DNA of 64,000 nucleotides. It comes from a virus. The notes beneath the pieces are model-generated. The model was not told the origin of the DNA, searched no databases, and saw only the letters and a program-made list of their open reading frames with translations. The stretch is from positions 1 to 64,000 of IMG/VR virus record IMGVR_UViG_3300009506_000004. One strand, given 5' to 3'. Of the stretch, positions 10,884-21,647 are shown piece by piece. Made by a program: the position numbers and the translations under genes. Positions within the stretch are counted from its first letter, which is position 1. Each line of letters begins with the position of its first letter.

Positions 10884-12581
10884 TTATTTACCCTTTCCAA
10901 GCAAAACGAACAACAGTAATAATCAACCAAATCGAAAACAACCTCAAAATAGTGTTTACAAATATAGCAAATAACCAAGATACCATTCCCTTATCTGGTG
11001 TTAACCGAAAGCCTAAAGTTGTGTAAGCTGTGATATGATTTACCCAATCACCAAAAGTCATACCATACCTCCAATTGTTAAAAGATTACCGTGTTGTCTT
11101 TGTTCAACAAGATCAACAAGATCCAAAACCCAAATATTCACTTGCCGCGGTTTATTAGAAACACGTGAGATAGCATTTTGCCTACGTGCCGCTTCATTAA
11201 AATCAATTAAACCAAGATCAAGCGCTTCTTTGATAATATTCCTAGCTTTTGAAACTTTCATTTTATGCCCTTTAAAATGGCAAGGCCACTAGTGTATCAC
11301 TCACCTATTACTTTTCTTAGCACTTTTATACGTGTTTCCACTAAGGTACAAAAATTGTCTAGTATATCTTTTCTACAAAAAGAAAAATGATTAAAAATAT
11401 CGCCAGCAATCAATCCGATGCAAGCCAAAAACGGATCATAAGTAATTTGGTCGATTTTGTATTTGAAATCCTCAAATGCTTCCTTGGTAACCCAACTATC
11501 AAAATATCTATGATTCCATTTTCCTGAATAACTAATATAATTACCACATCTATTATGAGCAAGAAAATCCTTAGCTCTTTCATAATCCTCAAATTTACAG
11601 AAAATGGATCCTGGACCATTACAACCCTTGCCATTAGTAGGATTGATTTCAAGGTTAATGGCCAATTTTCCGTGTACAGTATCGAGATAGTATGTTTTAA
11701 TTCGATCAGGAGAAACAACTACTATAGCACCCTTACTTCTAAGGTATTTACCAATTTTTGCAAGAAAAGCAAAGCTGTTTCGTGTTCTCATTTTAACTCC
11801 TAACCGTGAATGCAACCACCAGTGTGGCCGTGTACCCAATTAAACGTTAAGCGCTTTCCACTTTTGTCTGCTGTTTTGCCAACTCGTAGTGCGCCACCGA
11901 ATTTACTTTTCTTTGTAAGGACCAATACTCGCCCATCGTCAGGAGACGCTAATTCACGTGGCCCTACTGAAGTATAGCCCATAGAAATCAGATAACGTCG
12001 AAAACAAGCAAAGGCATCTTCTGATGACGCATGTACTTTTCTTAGCCTCTTGTCAACTTGAAGAGTTGTGCCACCGCATTTATGGTCGGGTGTACCACAC
12101 AGATATCGTAACATAATTTGCTCCCTTTACTCTTTAATATAATCGATATGTTTCTGACCACAAGGTGGTTGAACCATGTCAAACGGATGGTAACAACTTG
12201 CCAAATAATCCTCATCGCCTACATAAGGATCCCCGCCATCGTCTTCATATTGTACTTCGTCGCCAGCAATAAAGCGTTGGCTAATGCAGTAAGCATTCTC
12301 ATCAAATACTTGTTCAACGATCCCGATAGTGTACTTTTTCATAGTTCTCTCCTCTTTATTTCATTCGTTACTCTAAACCAAGCTTCCTTCCGCCATTCTG
12401 GTATGGTCCTAAGATCCCAACCAAAGTGATCTCCTTCTCCGTATCTATACCATAGCTTATTAGCTAACCGCATTAGTTGCTTGTCTGTTAATTGGTTCAC
12501 GTCTATCTCCTTTCTGATAGTATGCAAGCGCATTTTTGTTTGTCAAATTATTTTTTTATTCATTATATATTGCGTGCCAAT

Positions 12582-12609
12582 TTGACAAATAGTGTGTAGA
12601 TTGTATACT
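12582..12609 (+). promoter_or_regulatory. Sigma70-like promoter for plus-strand islet
   Basis: TTGACA-16-TATACT at the strand switch. Confidence 0.65.
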
Positions 12610-12653
12610 AAAATCAGTAGATATTTTTACTTACTCTTTTTGTGAGGTTTAAA

Positions 12654-13190
12654 ATGAATATAATTGGTGTATTTGAGGCGCTGGAAGATTGTGAAGTTAC
12701 TAGGGAAATTAAGGAAGAGATTTTAGAGGGGATTGTTGATAATCATCTTAATGAATTTAATTATGATGATCAACGTACTCTTCTCTTATATTATCATCTT
12801 TTTAGTGGCAAGGGATACAATTGCTCCATAAAGAATTTAACTGGTTGTGGTTGTATCGTAAAAGAAAATGATACAGAATATTATGTCCTAGATGACGATG
12901 AAGCTGACGTTCTTTGTGATAGATTTATTGACGATTCTCTTTGGTCCTTTGATTCAGATTTTCTTTCCTCTGTTACTGGCTTTGATAAATCAATCTTTGA
13001 AGCTCTTAATAGTGGAGGAGAAAAGAGTAATGAAGCTATTAGGGCTTTGATTGATTCTTCTTGTGGTATCCACAATTTTTTTGAGAAAGCCAGAAACTTA
13101 GAAGATAGGGGTCATTTTATTGCCTCTGATGGGGTAGAGAATGAGTTGTATATTGGTGATCATCAATATTTCTACATTTATAAAAAATAG
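12654..13190 (+). CDS. Acidic phage hypothetical protein
   Basis: ORF with GAGG RBS before the ATG at 12654. Confidence 0.6.
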   Translation: MNIIGVFEALEDCEVTREIKEEILEGIVDNHLNEFNYDDQRTLLLYYHLFSGKGYNCSIKNLTGCGCIVKENDTEYYVLDDDEADVLCDRFIDDSLWSFDSDFLSSVTGFDKSIFEALNSGGEKSNEAIRALIDSSCGIHNFFEKARNLEDRGHFIASDGVENELYIGDHQYFYIYKK

Positions 13191-13199
13191 GAGAAAATA

Positions 13200-13589
13200 A
13201 TGGCTGCGATTTATGACGCTGATATTTATTGTGATGATTGTGTTGATGCTATCAAAGAAAGACTCCAAAAAGTTGGGGTAGGCGACATTGATATTGACGA
13301 TGAAACTAGCTATGACAGTGGTGAATACCCTAAATATTGTAGTGATGACGAGGAATCCGATTCTCCCCAACACTGTGCAGCTGGTGAGGATTGTTTAAAT
13401 GCTCATGTTATGAGTGATGGTACTAAAATTGGCTACTTTTTTGCTAATAACTTAACTACTGATGGCGAGGAATATGTTAAAGAAGCCGTTAAGGAAGATA
13501 GGGCTAATGGAAATTTTGATTCTGTAGCTTGCGAAGTTTGGGCTGAGTATTATGATTATATTGATTTTGATTTAGAAGGAGAGTATTGA
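13200..13589 (+). CDS. Highly acidic Cys-containing hypothetical protein
   Basis: 129-aa D/E-rich ORF, AGGAG RBS, YCDDC motif. Confidence 0.65.
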   Translation: MAAIYDADIYCDDCVDAIKERLQKVGVGDIDIDDETSYDSGEYPKYCSDDEESDSPQHCAAGEDCLNAHVMSDGTKIGYFFANNLTTDGEEYVKEAVKEDRANGNFDSVACEVWAEYYDYIDFDLEGEY

Positions 13590-13770
13590 TTTGCTAATAA
13601 TTTTGTTAGTTCTATTTGTTTGTTCAGCAATATTTGCTTTTGGTGTAGCGTTTGATCTTACTTGGCTCAAAGTAGAACAAGAGCAACACGAAACCTCCAT
13701 AACTTGCTGGTGCGAACGTCCAGAGTATAGCATACAATCACAAGAAAGTCAATGTGATATAGGGGAAAGA

Positions 13771-13950
13771 GGATATGTGGGTATGTATATCTGAAGGTAT
13801 GTATATCTGAAGGTATGTATATCTTAATATCCAGATGTCCGGAAGTGATATATAAGCGCGCCTTTCAATAGATAAATCTAAGGTTATAGGCAGGAAAAAT
13901 CAGATCTATAAGCGCGCCATTAGGCAGATAAAATGGCACTTATAAGCGCG
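13771..13950. repeat. Composite repeat cluster B-left: 3x GGTATGTATATCT(GAA), 3x TATAAGCGCG, TAGGCAGGAAAAATCA
   Basis: Visible repeats sharing motifs with 6376-6582. Confidence 0.85.
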
Positions 13951-13967
13951 GTTTTCTATAGGTAAAA

Positions 13968-14438
13968 TTATTCAATTCTAGCAAACTTGCCATGATATTT
14001 CTTAGCTGCCTTTTCATAAGCTTTAGCTGCTTCTTCTATATCATTAAAATAACCTAAATGAATATAATTTTTATTAAAATAGATTCTTGCTCTCCATTTA
14101 TTTCTACGTTTTTCCCAATTTACACCTTTATATCCACTTGTGTTGTTTTTACTCTTACCTTTGTTTTGATTATTTTGAGCATGAGTTGCAGTCCTTAGAT
14201 TTTCTCTTCTATTATTTAAACCATTATTATCTTTATGATCTATCTCATTTGATAAATCTAATCCCATTCTTTTTGCTATTTCTCTATGCATAAAAATTTT
14301 TCTACTATTATGAGTCTTCATACTATAAAAAGTATTATTGTTTTTAGCAGCATATCACTTCCATTGTCTTAAATACATATAATCTTCTTCAGAGACAATA
14401 GTAGTTTTGCCTTGCGTTAATTCAATTGTGTACTCCAT
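13968..14438 (-). pseudogene. HNH-AP2 homing endonuclease interrupted by an in-frame TGA
   Basis: MEYTIELTQGKTTIVSEEDYMYLRQWK*YAAK... continues in frame into MHR..DHKDNNGLNNRRENLR and an AP2 domain; TGA at 14355-14357. Confidence 0.8.
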
Positions 14439-14455
14439 AAGCCCAAATTTCTTCA

Positions 14456-14551
14456 AGTGCAATTATCTTCAAGCGCAACTTACACCCCGGTCCAAGCGCA
14501 ACTTACACCCCGGTCCAAGCGCAACTTACACCCCGGTAGCTAAGCGCAACT
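14456..14551. repeat. Cluster B-right: 23-bp tandem repeat AAGCGCAACTTACACCCCGGTCC x~3
   Basis: Tandem copies closely related to the unit at 7124-7192. Confidence 0.9.
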
Positions 14552-15901
14552 AAATCCCTAGTGTCTGAGCGCAATAGCGCCCATATGCCACTCCAAGTGC
14601 AAAAGTCTTTACTTTCTTATAAGAATAAGTTGTATAGACACTTCTTCCGTTATGTTCAAATTGATAGAAAGTCCCTTTTTCATCTGTTCTAGAAATCACG
14701 TTCAAGCCAGATAGCTGGCGTAAATGTACTAAGCGCTGATCAATATATGCTTCTACCATGATATAACTTCTCCTATAAATGGTTCTTTAGGATTATCCTT
14801 CATTCGATACAATTCAAGCCATTTGAAATTTTCCTTACCTAAATAAGAACTAGTAATAGGATCCTTTAGTTTAAGTGTCCATTGTCTAGCTTCTCTCTTC
14901 ACTGTAAAAGCAGCATAGATTGAAGCTGGATTACACCGAGAACGAACAAGATAAATATAGGTAGATCTAGCCATATAATTCTTTATATAATTGAGACACT
15001 TTTTGTAATTCTTTATCAAGAACTTTTTTTTGACATTTACTACATGTATGCACTAAAATAGCTACATAACCATATTCTTGTTCTATTTCAGGGTTATAAC
15101 TTACTCTAACAGTTGAAAGTTTTTCACCACAATCATAACATATAATCTTTGTTCTTATTATGTTATCTGTCACGTTTTCTTGCCTCCATATAATTTTCTA
15201 ATTGGATATATCTTTGATTTAATTCGTGGTAAGCTAAGTAATAACGCTCACCGAAGTGCCTAAGCGCATCAACTACAATATTAAGTACTTTTATACTGCT
15301 TTCTAATTCCTTGTCAGAAATAGAATCACCATCAAGACATGCTTTTACGGCATTACCAGCTAATACAAGATCATTAGTAGTAATATTCATCTTACCATAT
15401 CCTCTACTATATAGGTTATTGGAATAGAATCTTTCCTTTGACATTTCATAATCTTTTTAGACCTGAAATTTATTTCAATCCAATCAAACTCCATATCATC
15501 CATGCTCTTTATTGAATATAAATTTGATACAGTCAGCAAGCCAGCTATAATAGTAGTACTTGTTGATTGTGGCTTTTTTAGAAGTGTTCTAATATTTGTT
15601 AAAGCTGCTTCAAAATTACTTTCTATTTTAAATAAAACACTTATACCAGCTTCACTTACTACTTTAATTATTGTCATTTAAAATAATCCACTAAGTAAAA
15701 TTTACCTTCATCTGGAAACTCACGCATTGTGTCTTCGTCTAATTGAACTGTAACATCTTTAGCGCCGTTTGCAATCAACTCTTTCTTGAATTTAGCAAGT
15801 TCTTTTTCAGATACACCAGAATAACCCATCTGAGCCACCTTAGGCTCTTTTTTCTTTCTACCCATAAATATCCCCACCTTTTGCCTTTATAAGCACTACA
15901 C

Positions 15902-16261
15902 TCATTTTTCAAGGTATCTTCGAGTAATAGGAGGTTTTTTAGGTAAATTTACTAATTTATTTTCTATCAAAATAATTGCTATTTCTAATGCTAATGTTTC
16001 AATAAAACTTTCTTCATCATTGACATATTTTGCTAATAATGGGTTTCTATAAAATAATGCATGAAGAGTTTCATGAATTAAAGTTTCCAAAATTCCTATT
16101 TTAGTTTGATCCGAAAAAATTCTAATAGAAGAATTCTTAGGACTAGATGTGCATTGGCCTAGAAGAGAAGTAGAAAAATTTCTTGAAACTTCTTCTCCTG
16201 TAGGCACATAACTAATATCATATTCATATCCTTTAATTCTTATTTTCTTTAGATATTTCAT
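15902..16261 (-). CDS. HExxH metallopeptidase-like phage protein
   Basis: TLIHETLHA motif. Confidence 0.55.
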   Translation of the reverse strand: MKYLKKIRIKGYEYDISYVPTGEEVSRNFSTSLLGQCTSSPKNSSIRIFSDQTKIGILETLIHETLHALFYRNPLLAKYVNDEESFIETLALEIAIILIENKLVNLPKKPPITRRYLEK

Positions 16262-16451
16262 ATTTGAATTCTACTGCATTCTAAAGTTGCTATATGGTAT
16301 GATTTCATTGATTGTTCTGTAACAATTACATCAATCAAAATTTTGAATTCTTTTAAAGAGATTACATCATCTTTAACCCAACCCCAAATAACTTTTAATG
16401 CTTGATCTGCATCAAGTTTTCTTATTTTATCAATTTTTATTTGAAGTTTTG

Positions 16452-17225
16452 TCATTCTAATAGTCTTGCCTTTCGTCTAGAGGCTGGTTTATAATCAGCA
16501 CCATCAGATTTACCTTCCGCGTATGCACCAAAATCTTTTAATGCCATACTTGGTAGTGGTCTTCCCTTACCTAATTTTAGTCCACATTCTGTTGATAGCC
16601 ACTTCTTTGCGTCTTTCTTGACCGTTAAACTTCTGTTAATGACCATTAAGGCATTTTTGTCGCCACCTTGACTAGCTTCCTCAAGAACCCTTGTCTCTTT
16701 CTTGTTAGCTTCCCAAAGACCGTGTGCAAAGCCTTCAGCATACGCTGCTGCTTCGCCACGTGCAAGCGCATTTCCAAATTTTAACTTAGCAGAAGCAGTT
16801 ACAAAGCAACAAATTTCATCGTATAATTCAATGCAGAATTGCACATCTAATTCAGGACCATAAAAAGTAATTTTGGTAGCTTTTCCTTTTGTAGCCATTC
16901 CAGCAGAATTACGACGAAGTATTCCATTTTGAATATAAAATCCAACATTACCAACAAAATCACTAATAAATCTACAAATGTAACTTTCCCAGCTGCAAAT
17001 TGACGAATACATTGAATAACAGGAACTTCTACCAAATACTACATTTGTAGTACAGACTTCACCATCATCAGTTTCAAAAATATCATCACGTTCAATTTGA
17101 TGCTGTGACATAAGATTTCTAGCAGCACGCATAGCATTCTCAATTTCACCATCTGTACTAGCATCATTTTCAGCTACTGCAAAAAGTCTCTTTAATCTAA
17201 TCTTAATTTTGTCATCAATCATCAA
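16452..17225 (-). CDS. DUF2786-family protein
   Basis: N-terminal KIRLKRLFAVAE..EIENAMRAARNLMSQHQI pattern; AYAEG motifs. Confidence 0.75.
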   Translation of the reverse strand: MMIDDKIKIRLKRLFAVAENDASTDGEIENAMRAARNLMSQHQIERDDIFETDDGEVCTTNVVFGRSSCYSMYSSICSWESYICRFISDFVGNVGFYIQNGILRRNSAGMATKGKATKITFYGPELDVQFCIELYDEICCFVTASAKLKFGNALARGEAAAYAEGFAHGLWEANKKETRVLEEASQGGDKNALMVINRSLTVKKDAKKWLSTECGLKLGKGRPLPSMALKDFGAYAEGKSDGADYKPASRRKARLLE

Positions 17226-17579
17226 TTTCCTCCTCGGGATCTAATTCAAATTCGTCATAATTAAACTCATGCCAACTGTAACCAAAACCAGTATTGACAT
17301 CATCAAATTGAGCTTTAACAGTTGTCCCATTTAATAGGATAAGCGCTGTTTCTCCTTTTAATTCTTCTATATTACCAATATAAGTACCACTTCTCATAGT
17401 ATCTCCTCCCCATATACTCTACCCCAAATTATTCTTTCGTTCAAAGTAACATTTTTTATGTTATGTACAATATCTACATCCATTAGTTCCAATAAATCCA
17501 GAATTGCATTTAGTTCATTTGCTCTACCTACAATCTCTAATTTTCTTACAGTTTCGTCAATCATCATTTCCCCTTTCAG

Positions 17580-17664
17580 TGGCCAAGGTGGGACTCGAAC
17601 CCACATGAGCATAAAGCCCACGGGATTTTAAATCCCGTGCGTATACCTATTCCGCCACTCGGCC
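17580..17664 (-). tRNA. tRNA-Leu(UAA)
   Basis: GGCCGAG/CTTGGCC acceptor, CGGGA-TTTAAAA-TCCCG anticodon arm, long variable arm, GGTTCGAGTCC T arm. Confidence 0.95.
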
Positions 17665-17666
17665 AA

Positions 17667-17751
17667 TGGGAAGTGAAGGAATTGAACCTCCCGGCCCCAC
17701 CTAGCATAACAATGCCAACGGATTTACAGTCCGCTGCTAGGAACACCTCCC
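17667..17751 (-). tRNA. Atypical tRNA-Tyr(GUA) lacking a normal D arm
   Basis: GGGAGGT/ACTTCCC acceptor, GCGGA-CTGTAAA-TCCGT anticodon arm, GGTTCAATTCC T arm; only 10 nt between acceptor and anticodon stems. Confidence 0.8.
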
Positions 17752-19323
17752 CTATTCATCATCATTAACAATTTTGTCAGCTTCCTCGATTAGATTCTTC
17801 CAATCTTCATAATATTCTTGGATAAAATCAACCATTGGAAGATTAACTAATGCGTCCAAAAATGTGTCTATTTCTAGAATAGCTTCAGCTTGGCCTAGTG
17901 TCAATTTGCTCATTTAAAATCCCTTTGCTGCTTCGTCAATTGCCATCATTTACATCTACAGTTTCTACAGCTTCACAGACTATTTTCAACCAGAAACGTT
18001 TGTAGTCTTGATTAAATTGAAGCCGTGTTTGTTCTAATTCTCTTAAAAGATCATCTACTTCTAATATAGCCATTGCTTCATTTACTGTCATTTATTTCTC
18101 CAAGATAAATAGAAAAGAGGGATCATTCCATTGTTCCCTTTTTCAAATAAAAATTTTATACAAGCTTATCACTAAAATCATTATAGTTACATGGCCTTTC
18201 TCCTTATATTGCGTAGAATTACCATGATTCCACTAATTGCCAAGATCCTACTCGCAGACCGTAGCCGTCGCGATAGGTACAAGGTTGCCTTATGCACTGT
18301 TAGGTGATACATTTTACCATACGGCAGCAACTGACCGCACCCATTTTAGTCTGGGCGACTCAATATTCAATCATACCATGCAAATTTTTGTGAGTCAAAT
18401 ACTTGACAACCAAATTTTTTTGATGTATGGTTCAAGTATGAACACAAAACAACTAATATTGCTGACAAGATTTAGCATCGGAAGCCTGAATTTGACAGAC
18501 CGGGCTAAAAGATCTATTCTTGCAAAAGAAGTAAAGAGACTACGAAAAACACAACGTGAGTTATGGGCATGGCATGGCCAACCAAATACTTACAGAATTT
18601 TTAGTTGAGGATTATATATGATTACTATATGTAATATTGCTGAAACATTGGAAAATAGTGGTTCATCAGAAGCATATCAACTTGCTTTACAATTCAAAGA
18701 AGACTTAAAGGATAAGAATATACCAGAACCAGAACAACTAGATACCGATGGATGGTACACCTTAAGTGATATGTTAATTGATTTACTTGAACGAGTAGTT
18801 AATTATGAGGAAGAGACAGAACTTGATTGTTATAAGCAAGACCATTTAACTTCTGGGCATTATGATAAATGGGATAGTGCTTTACCACCTGATAGACGAT
18901 TGTATCGTTAAGAAAGGAATGTAATGATATATAAATTAAGAGTAATTTACTCTAGATTAAATGATATCAAATCATACGTTACTGACCTTAATTTGTATGA
19001 TAAACAACTCTTAGTACAATACCATGAACTAGTTGGAATGTTGAATGCAATTTCAACTATTACAGATGATTTAAATGATAAATCATTTGTTCTTTTCTGT
19101 AAATTACAAAAGGGGACATTAGAATGAAAGAAACAACTAGGCTATGTAAGACTGTTGACAAAAAATTAGACGAACTAGTGCTTTTACTACCTGAAGGAAA
19201 AACGGGGCGTGAATTGTTTCTTATCTTCAAGTATAATGAATTATCTGGAAGATGGGATTCAATTTCAACATTAGTTCAAGAATTAGATAAAGAAATTGAT
19301 AAACTTCGTGTCAGAATTGCAGA

Positions 19324-20751
19324 ATGGGAGAAATCATGTTCTTAATGATCCAGAATAAAGGTGTAGCGCCAATTGAATCATTTACTCTTCTTGGAGCAAG
19401 TACTACGCGCAATTGTGGTATAGATGGTGCAATTGGTCAATTTGGTACTGGCAATAAACAAAGCGTAAATCTCCTGCTTAGGAACAATATTGGTTTTCGC
19501 ATCTATTGCGGAAAAACTAGGCTTTCATTTTCTACTGAACCTTATGATATGGAAGGTAGTACTTTTGATAAGGTATTTTGTAAGCTTAGTGGTGCTAATA
19601 ACAAAAAGATCGATCTTGGATGGGTTTTAGATTTTGGGTCTATTGATTGGACTACCATTGACATGGCACTTAGAGAATTTATTTCTAATGCTATAGATAG
19701 GACAATTAAAGAGACTGAGGAGTTTTTACCATCTATTGAATCTGGTGATCTTTGTGTTAAGCTTACTGAAAATGCACAAGCTAAGGATGGGTATACAAGA
19801 ATTTTCATTAAGGTAGAAGATGCACCGGAAATTTTAGAATATGTAAAAGAACTACCTAAGCGCTTTTTACATTTCTCTAAGGATACAACACAACTTAAAG
19901 AGACTATTTTACCAAAAGCTAATCGTAGTTTTACTGAATCTAATGGTCCGATGATTTATAGAGAAGGTGTCTTTGTACGTCAATTAACTGATCATAGTGA
20001 TTCTGTTTATGACTACAATTTTAGAGCAAATGAAATTACAATTGATGATTGTAGAAATTCAAGTGAGTATGCTTTAAAAGCAGCATGTGCTAAAGCTATT
20101 AAAAAAGCTGATCAATTAACATTAACTGATATTTTTAGGGCGCTTGCTTCTGGAAAAAATTGTTTTGAAGCAAAAATTGATACTTACTATACAACATTTT
20201 ATAGCGCTACAAAAGAGGAAAGAAATAATTGGATTGGTGCTTGGGAAATAGCTTTAGGGGATAAGACTGTTTCTGCACCAGTGAATGGTGATAACTATGC
20301 CAAAACTTATGCAAAACGTAAAGGGTATAATGTAGCAGAGATACCTGATTCATGGTTTACTACTGTTGAGCATTTTGGTATTCAAACTACTGATGATGTC
20401 TTAACAGAGAATGAGCGCAAAGGAAGAGAAATATTTGAAGCTACATCAAGCGCGAAAAGGGCAGTAGAGATTGTATGGGAATGGTGCAAAATGTCAGGGT
20501 TTACAAACGACAAGGAAATGCCGCAAGTCTTTTGTTATAAAGAACTTACGGATGCTGAATCAGACCTTATGGGCTTTGCGAAGGATAATGGAGTTTACCT
20601 TCGTGAAGACATTTCTAGTGGCCTTAATAAATTAACTCTTAAAGCAGCACTTGAGGAAGTAGCACATTATATCACTGGTGCTACAGATAATAGTAGGGAT
20701 TTTCAAAGTTTCTTTAGAGATATGCTTGTGGAATTTCTTTTTAATCAATAA
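19324..20751 (+). CDS. GHKL/HATPase-like protein (permuted motif order) with C-terminal zincin-like helix
   Basis: IGQFGTG (G2-like) precedes ALREFISNAID (N-box); LEEVAHY near the C-terminus. Confidence 0.7.
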   Translation: MGEIMFLMIQNKGVAPIESFTLLGASTTRNCGIDGAIGQFGTGNKQSVNLLLRNNIGFRIYCGKTRLSFSTEPYDMEGSTFDKVFCKLSGANNKKIDLGWVLDFGSIDWTTIDMALREFISNAIDRTIKETEEFLPSIESGDLCVKLTENAQAKDGYTRIFIKVEDAPEILEYVKELPKRFLHFSKDTTQLKETILPKANRSFTESNGPMIYREGVFVRQLTDHSDSVYDYNFRANEITIDDCRNSSEYALKAACAKAIKKADQLTLTDIFRALASGKNCFEAKIDTYYTTFYSATKEERNNWIGAWEIALGDKTVSAPVNGDNYAKTYAKRKGYNVAEIPDSWFTTVEHFGIQTTDDVLTENERKGREIFEATSSAKRAVEIVWEWCKMSGFTNDKEMPQVFCYKELTDAESDLMGFAKDNGVYLREDISSGLNKLTLKAALEEVAHYITGATDNSRDFQSFFRDMLVEFLFNQ

Positions 20752-20765
20752 GAAGAGAGGGAAAA

Positions 20766-21131
20766 ATGCTAATTGGAAAAACAGAGATTTTATACGGGTA
20801 TTATAGATATGTAGAATATCCTTATTTTACTCGTTGTCTTGGTTTTGAGGGAGATAATGAATTTGTTTGTGGTGAGTGGGTTTACAAATTATTCAACTTA
20901 CCGCGAATAGTAAAGCGCCTACAATTCTTTGCCTATAACAAACCAAGTAAAAATCGTCTTGAATTAAAGATTTATAGAGGAATTGTTTCTTTTGACGGGG
21001 AAGATGAAAATTTTTATTATTTTGTTCGAGGTAATAAAAGGATATATTTTGATGCCTTTATAGAGATAAAACTTGAAAAATTATATGAAAACGGCTACAA
21101 AACTATTTATGTGGAGTGCGAATACGAATGA
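20766..21131 (+). CDS. Hypothetical protein, paralog 1
   Basis: MLIGKT...QFFAY...KLEKLY..G.KTIYVECEYE shared with 21255-21647. Confidence 0.7.
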   Translation: MLIGKTEILYGYYRYVEYPYFTRCLGFEGDNEFVCGEWVYKLFNLPRIVKRLQFFAYNKPSKNRLELKIYRGIVSFDGEDENFYYFVRGNKRIYFDAFIEIKLEKLYENGYKTIYVECEYE

Positions 21132-21254
21132 TAATGCTTGAAGTATTTTGTGGGCGGTGTGGTGAAGGCTTATGCCTTAAATCAAAAGCGCTGCCATTTG
21201 AGGGGCTTTGTATCTCAGTAGAGCCATGCGAAAAATGTATAGAGGAGGCAATCA

Positions 21255-21647
21255 ATGCTAGTCGGGAAAACGAGAATTTTGAAGTTAACTAGGGTAGACT
21301 TAAGTTTTAATGAGTATGTAAATACTTATAGAAAAACTGCTAATTATATTTATGAATTTTCTTCTAATTGGGAAGTAGTTTGTCATGATGGTGTTAGGAG
21401 ATTTTTCAAGGTGCCCTTAAGTGCCAATAGAATTCAATTTTTTGCTTATGATGAACCAACTGAATACAGTGTAAAATTTGAAATCATTAAAAAAGAAATC
21501 GAAAAACATATTTGGTATGAGTTACGATATGGTTGTGAACGCGCCATGGTTATGAGCCCAGGCATAGAGGCTAAACTTGAAAAATTGTACGATAGAGGTA
21601 TTAGAACTATTTATGTGGAGTGTGAATATGAACGCGATGAATGCTGA
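21255..21647 (+). CDS. Hypothetical protein, paralog 2
   Basis: MLVGKT...QFFAY...KLEKLY..G.RTIYVECEYE. Confidence 0.7.
   Translation: MLVGKTRILKLTRVDLSFNEYVNTYRKTANYIYEFSSNWEVVCHDGVRRFFKVPLSANRIQFFAYDEPTEYSVKFEIIKKEIEKHIWYELRYGCERAMVMSPGIEAKLEKLYDRGIRTIYVECEYERDEC

Noticed and set aside
10698-11026. ORF-track proteins rich in Ile/Leu, His/Pro or Met/Arg
   Set aside because: Alternative-frame shadows of the acidic peptide at 10716-10883.
14355-14357. Genome-wide TGA-to-Trp recoding
   Set aside because: Many intact genes end in TGA with ATGA overlaps, and long genes read through under the standard code; this is a single case.
17394-17621. N-terminal extension of this ORF
   Set aside because: Overlaps tRNA-Leu; the real start is probably the downstream MMIDE.
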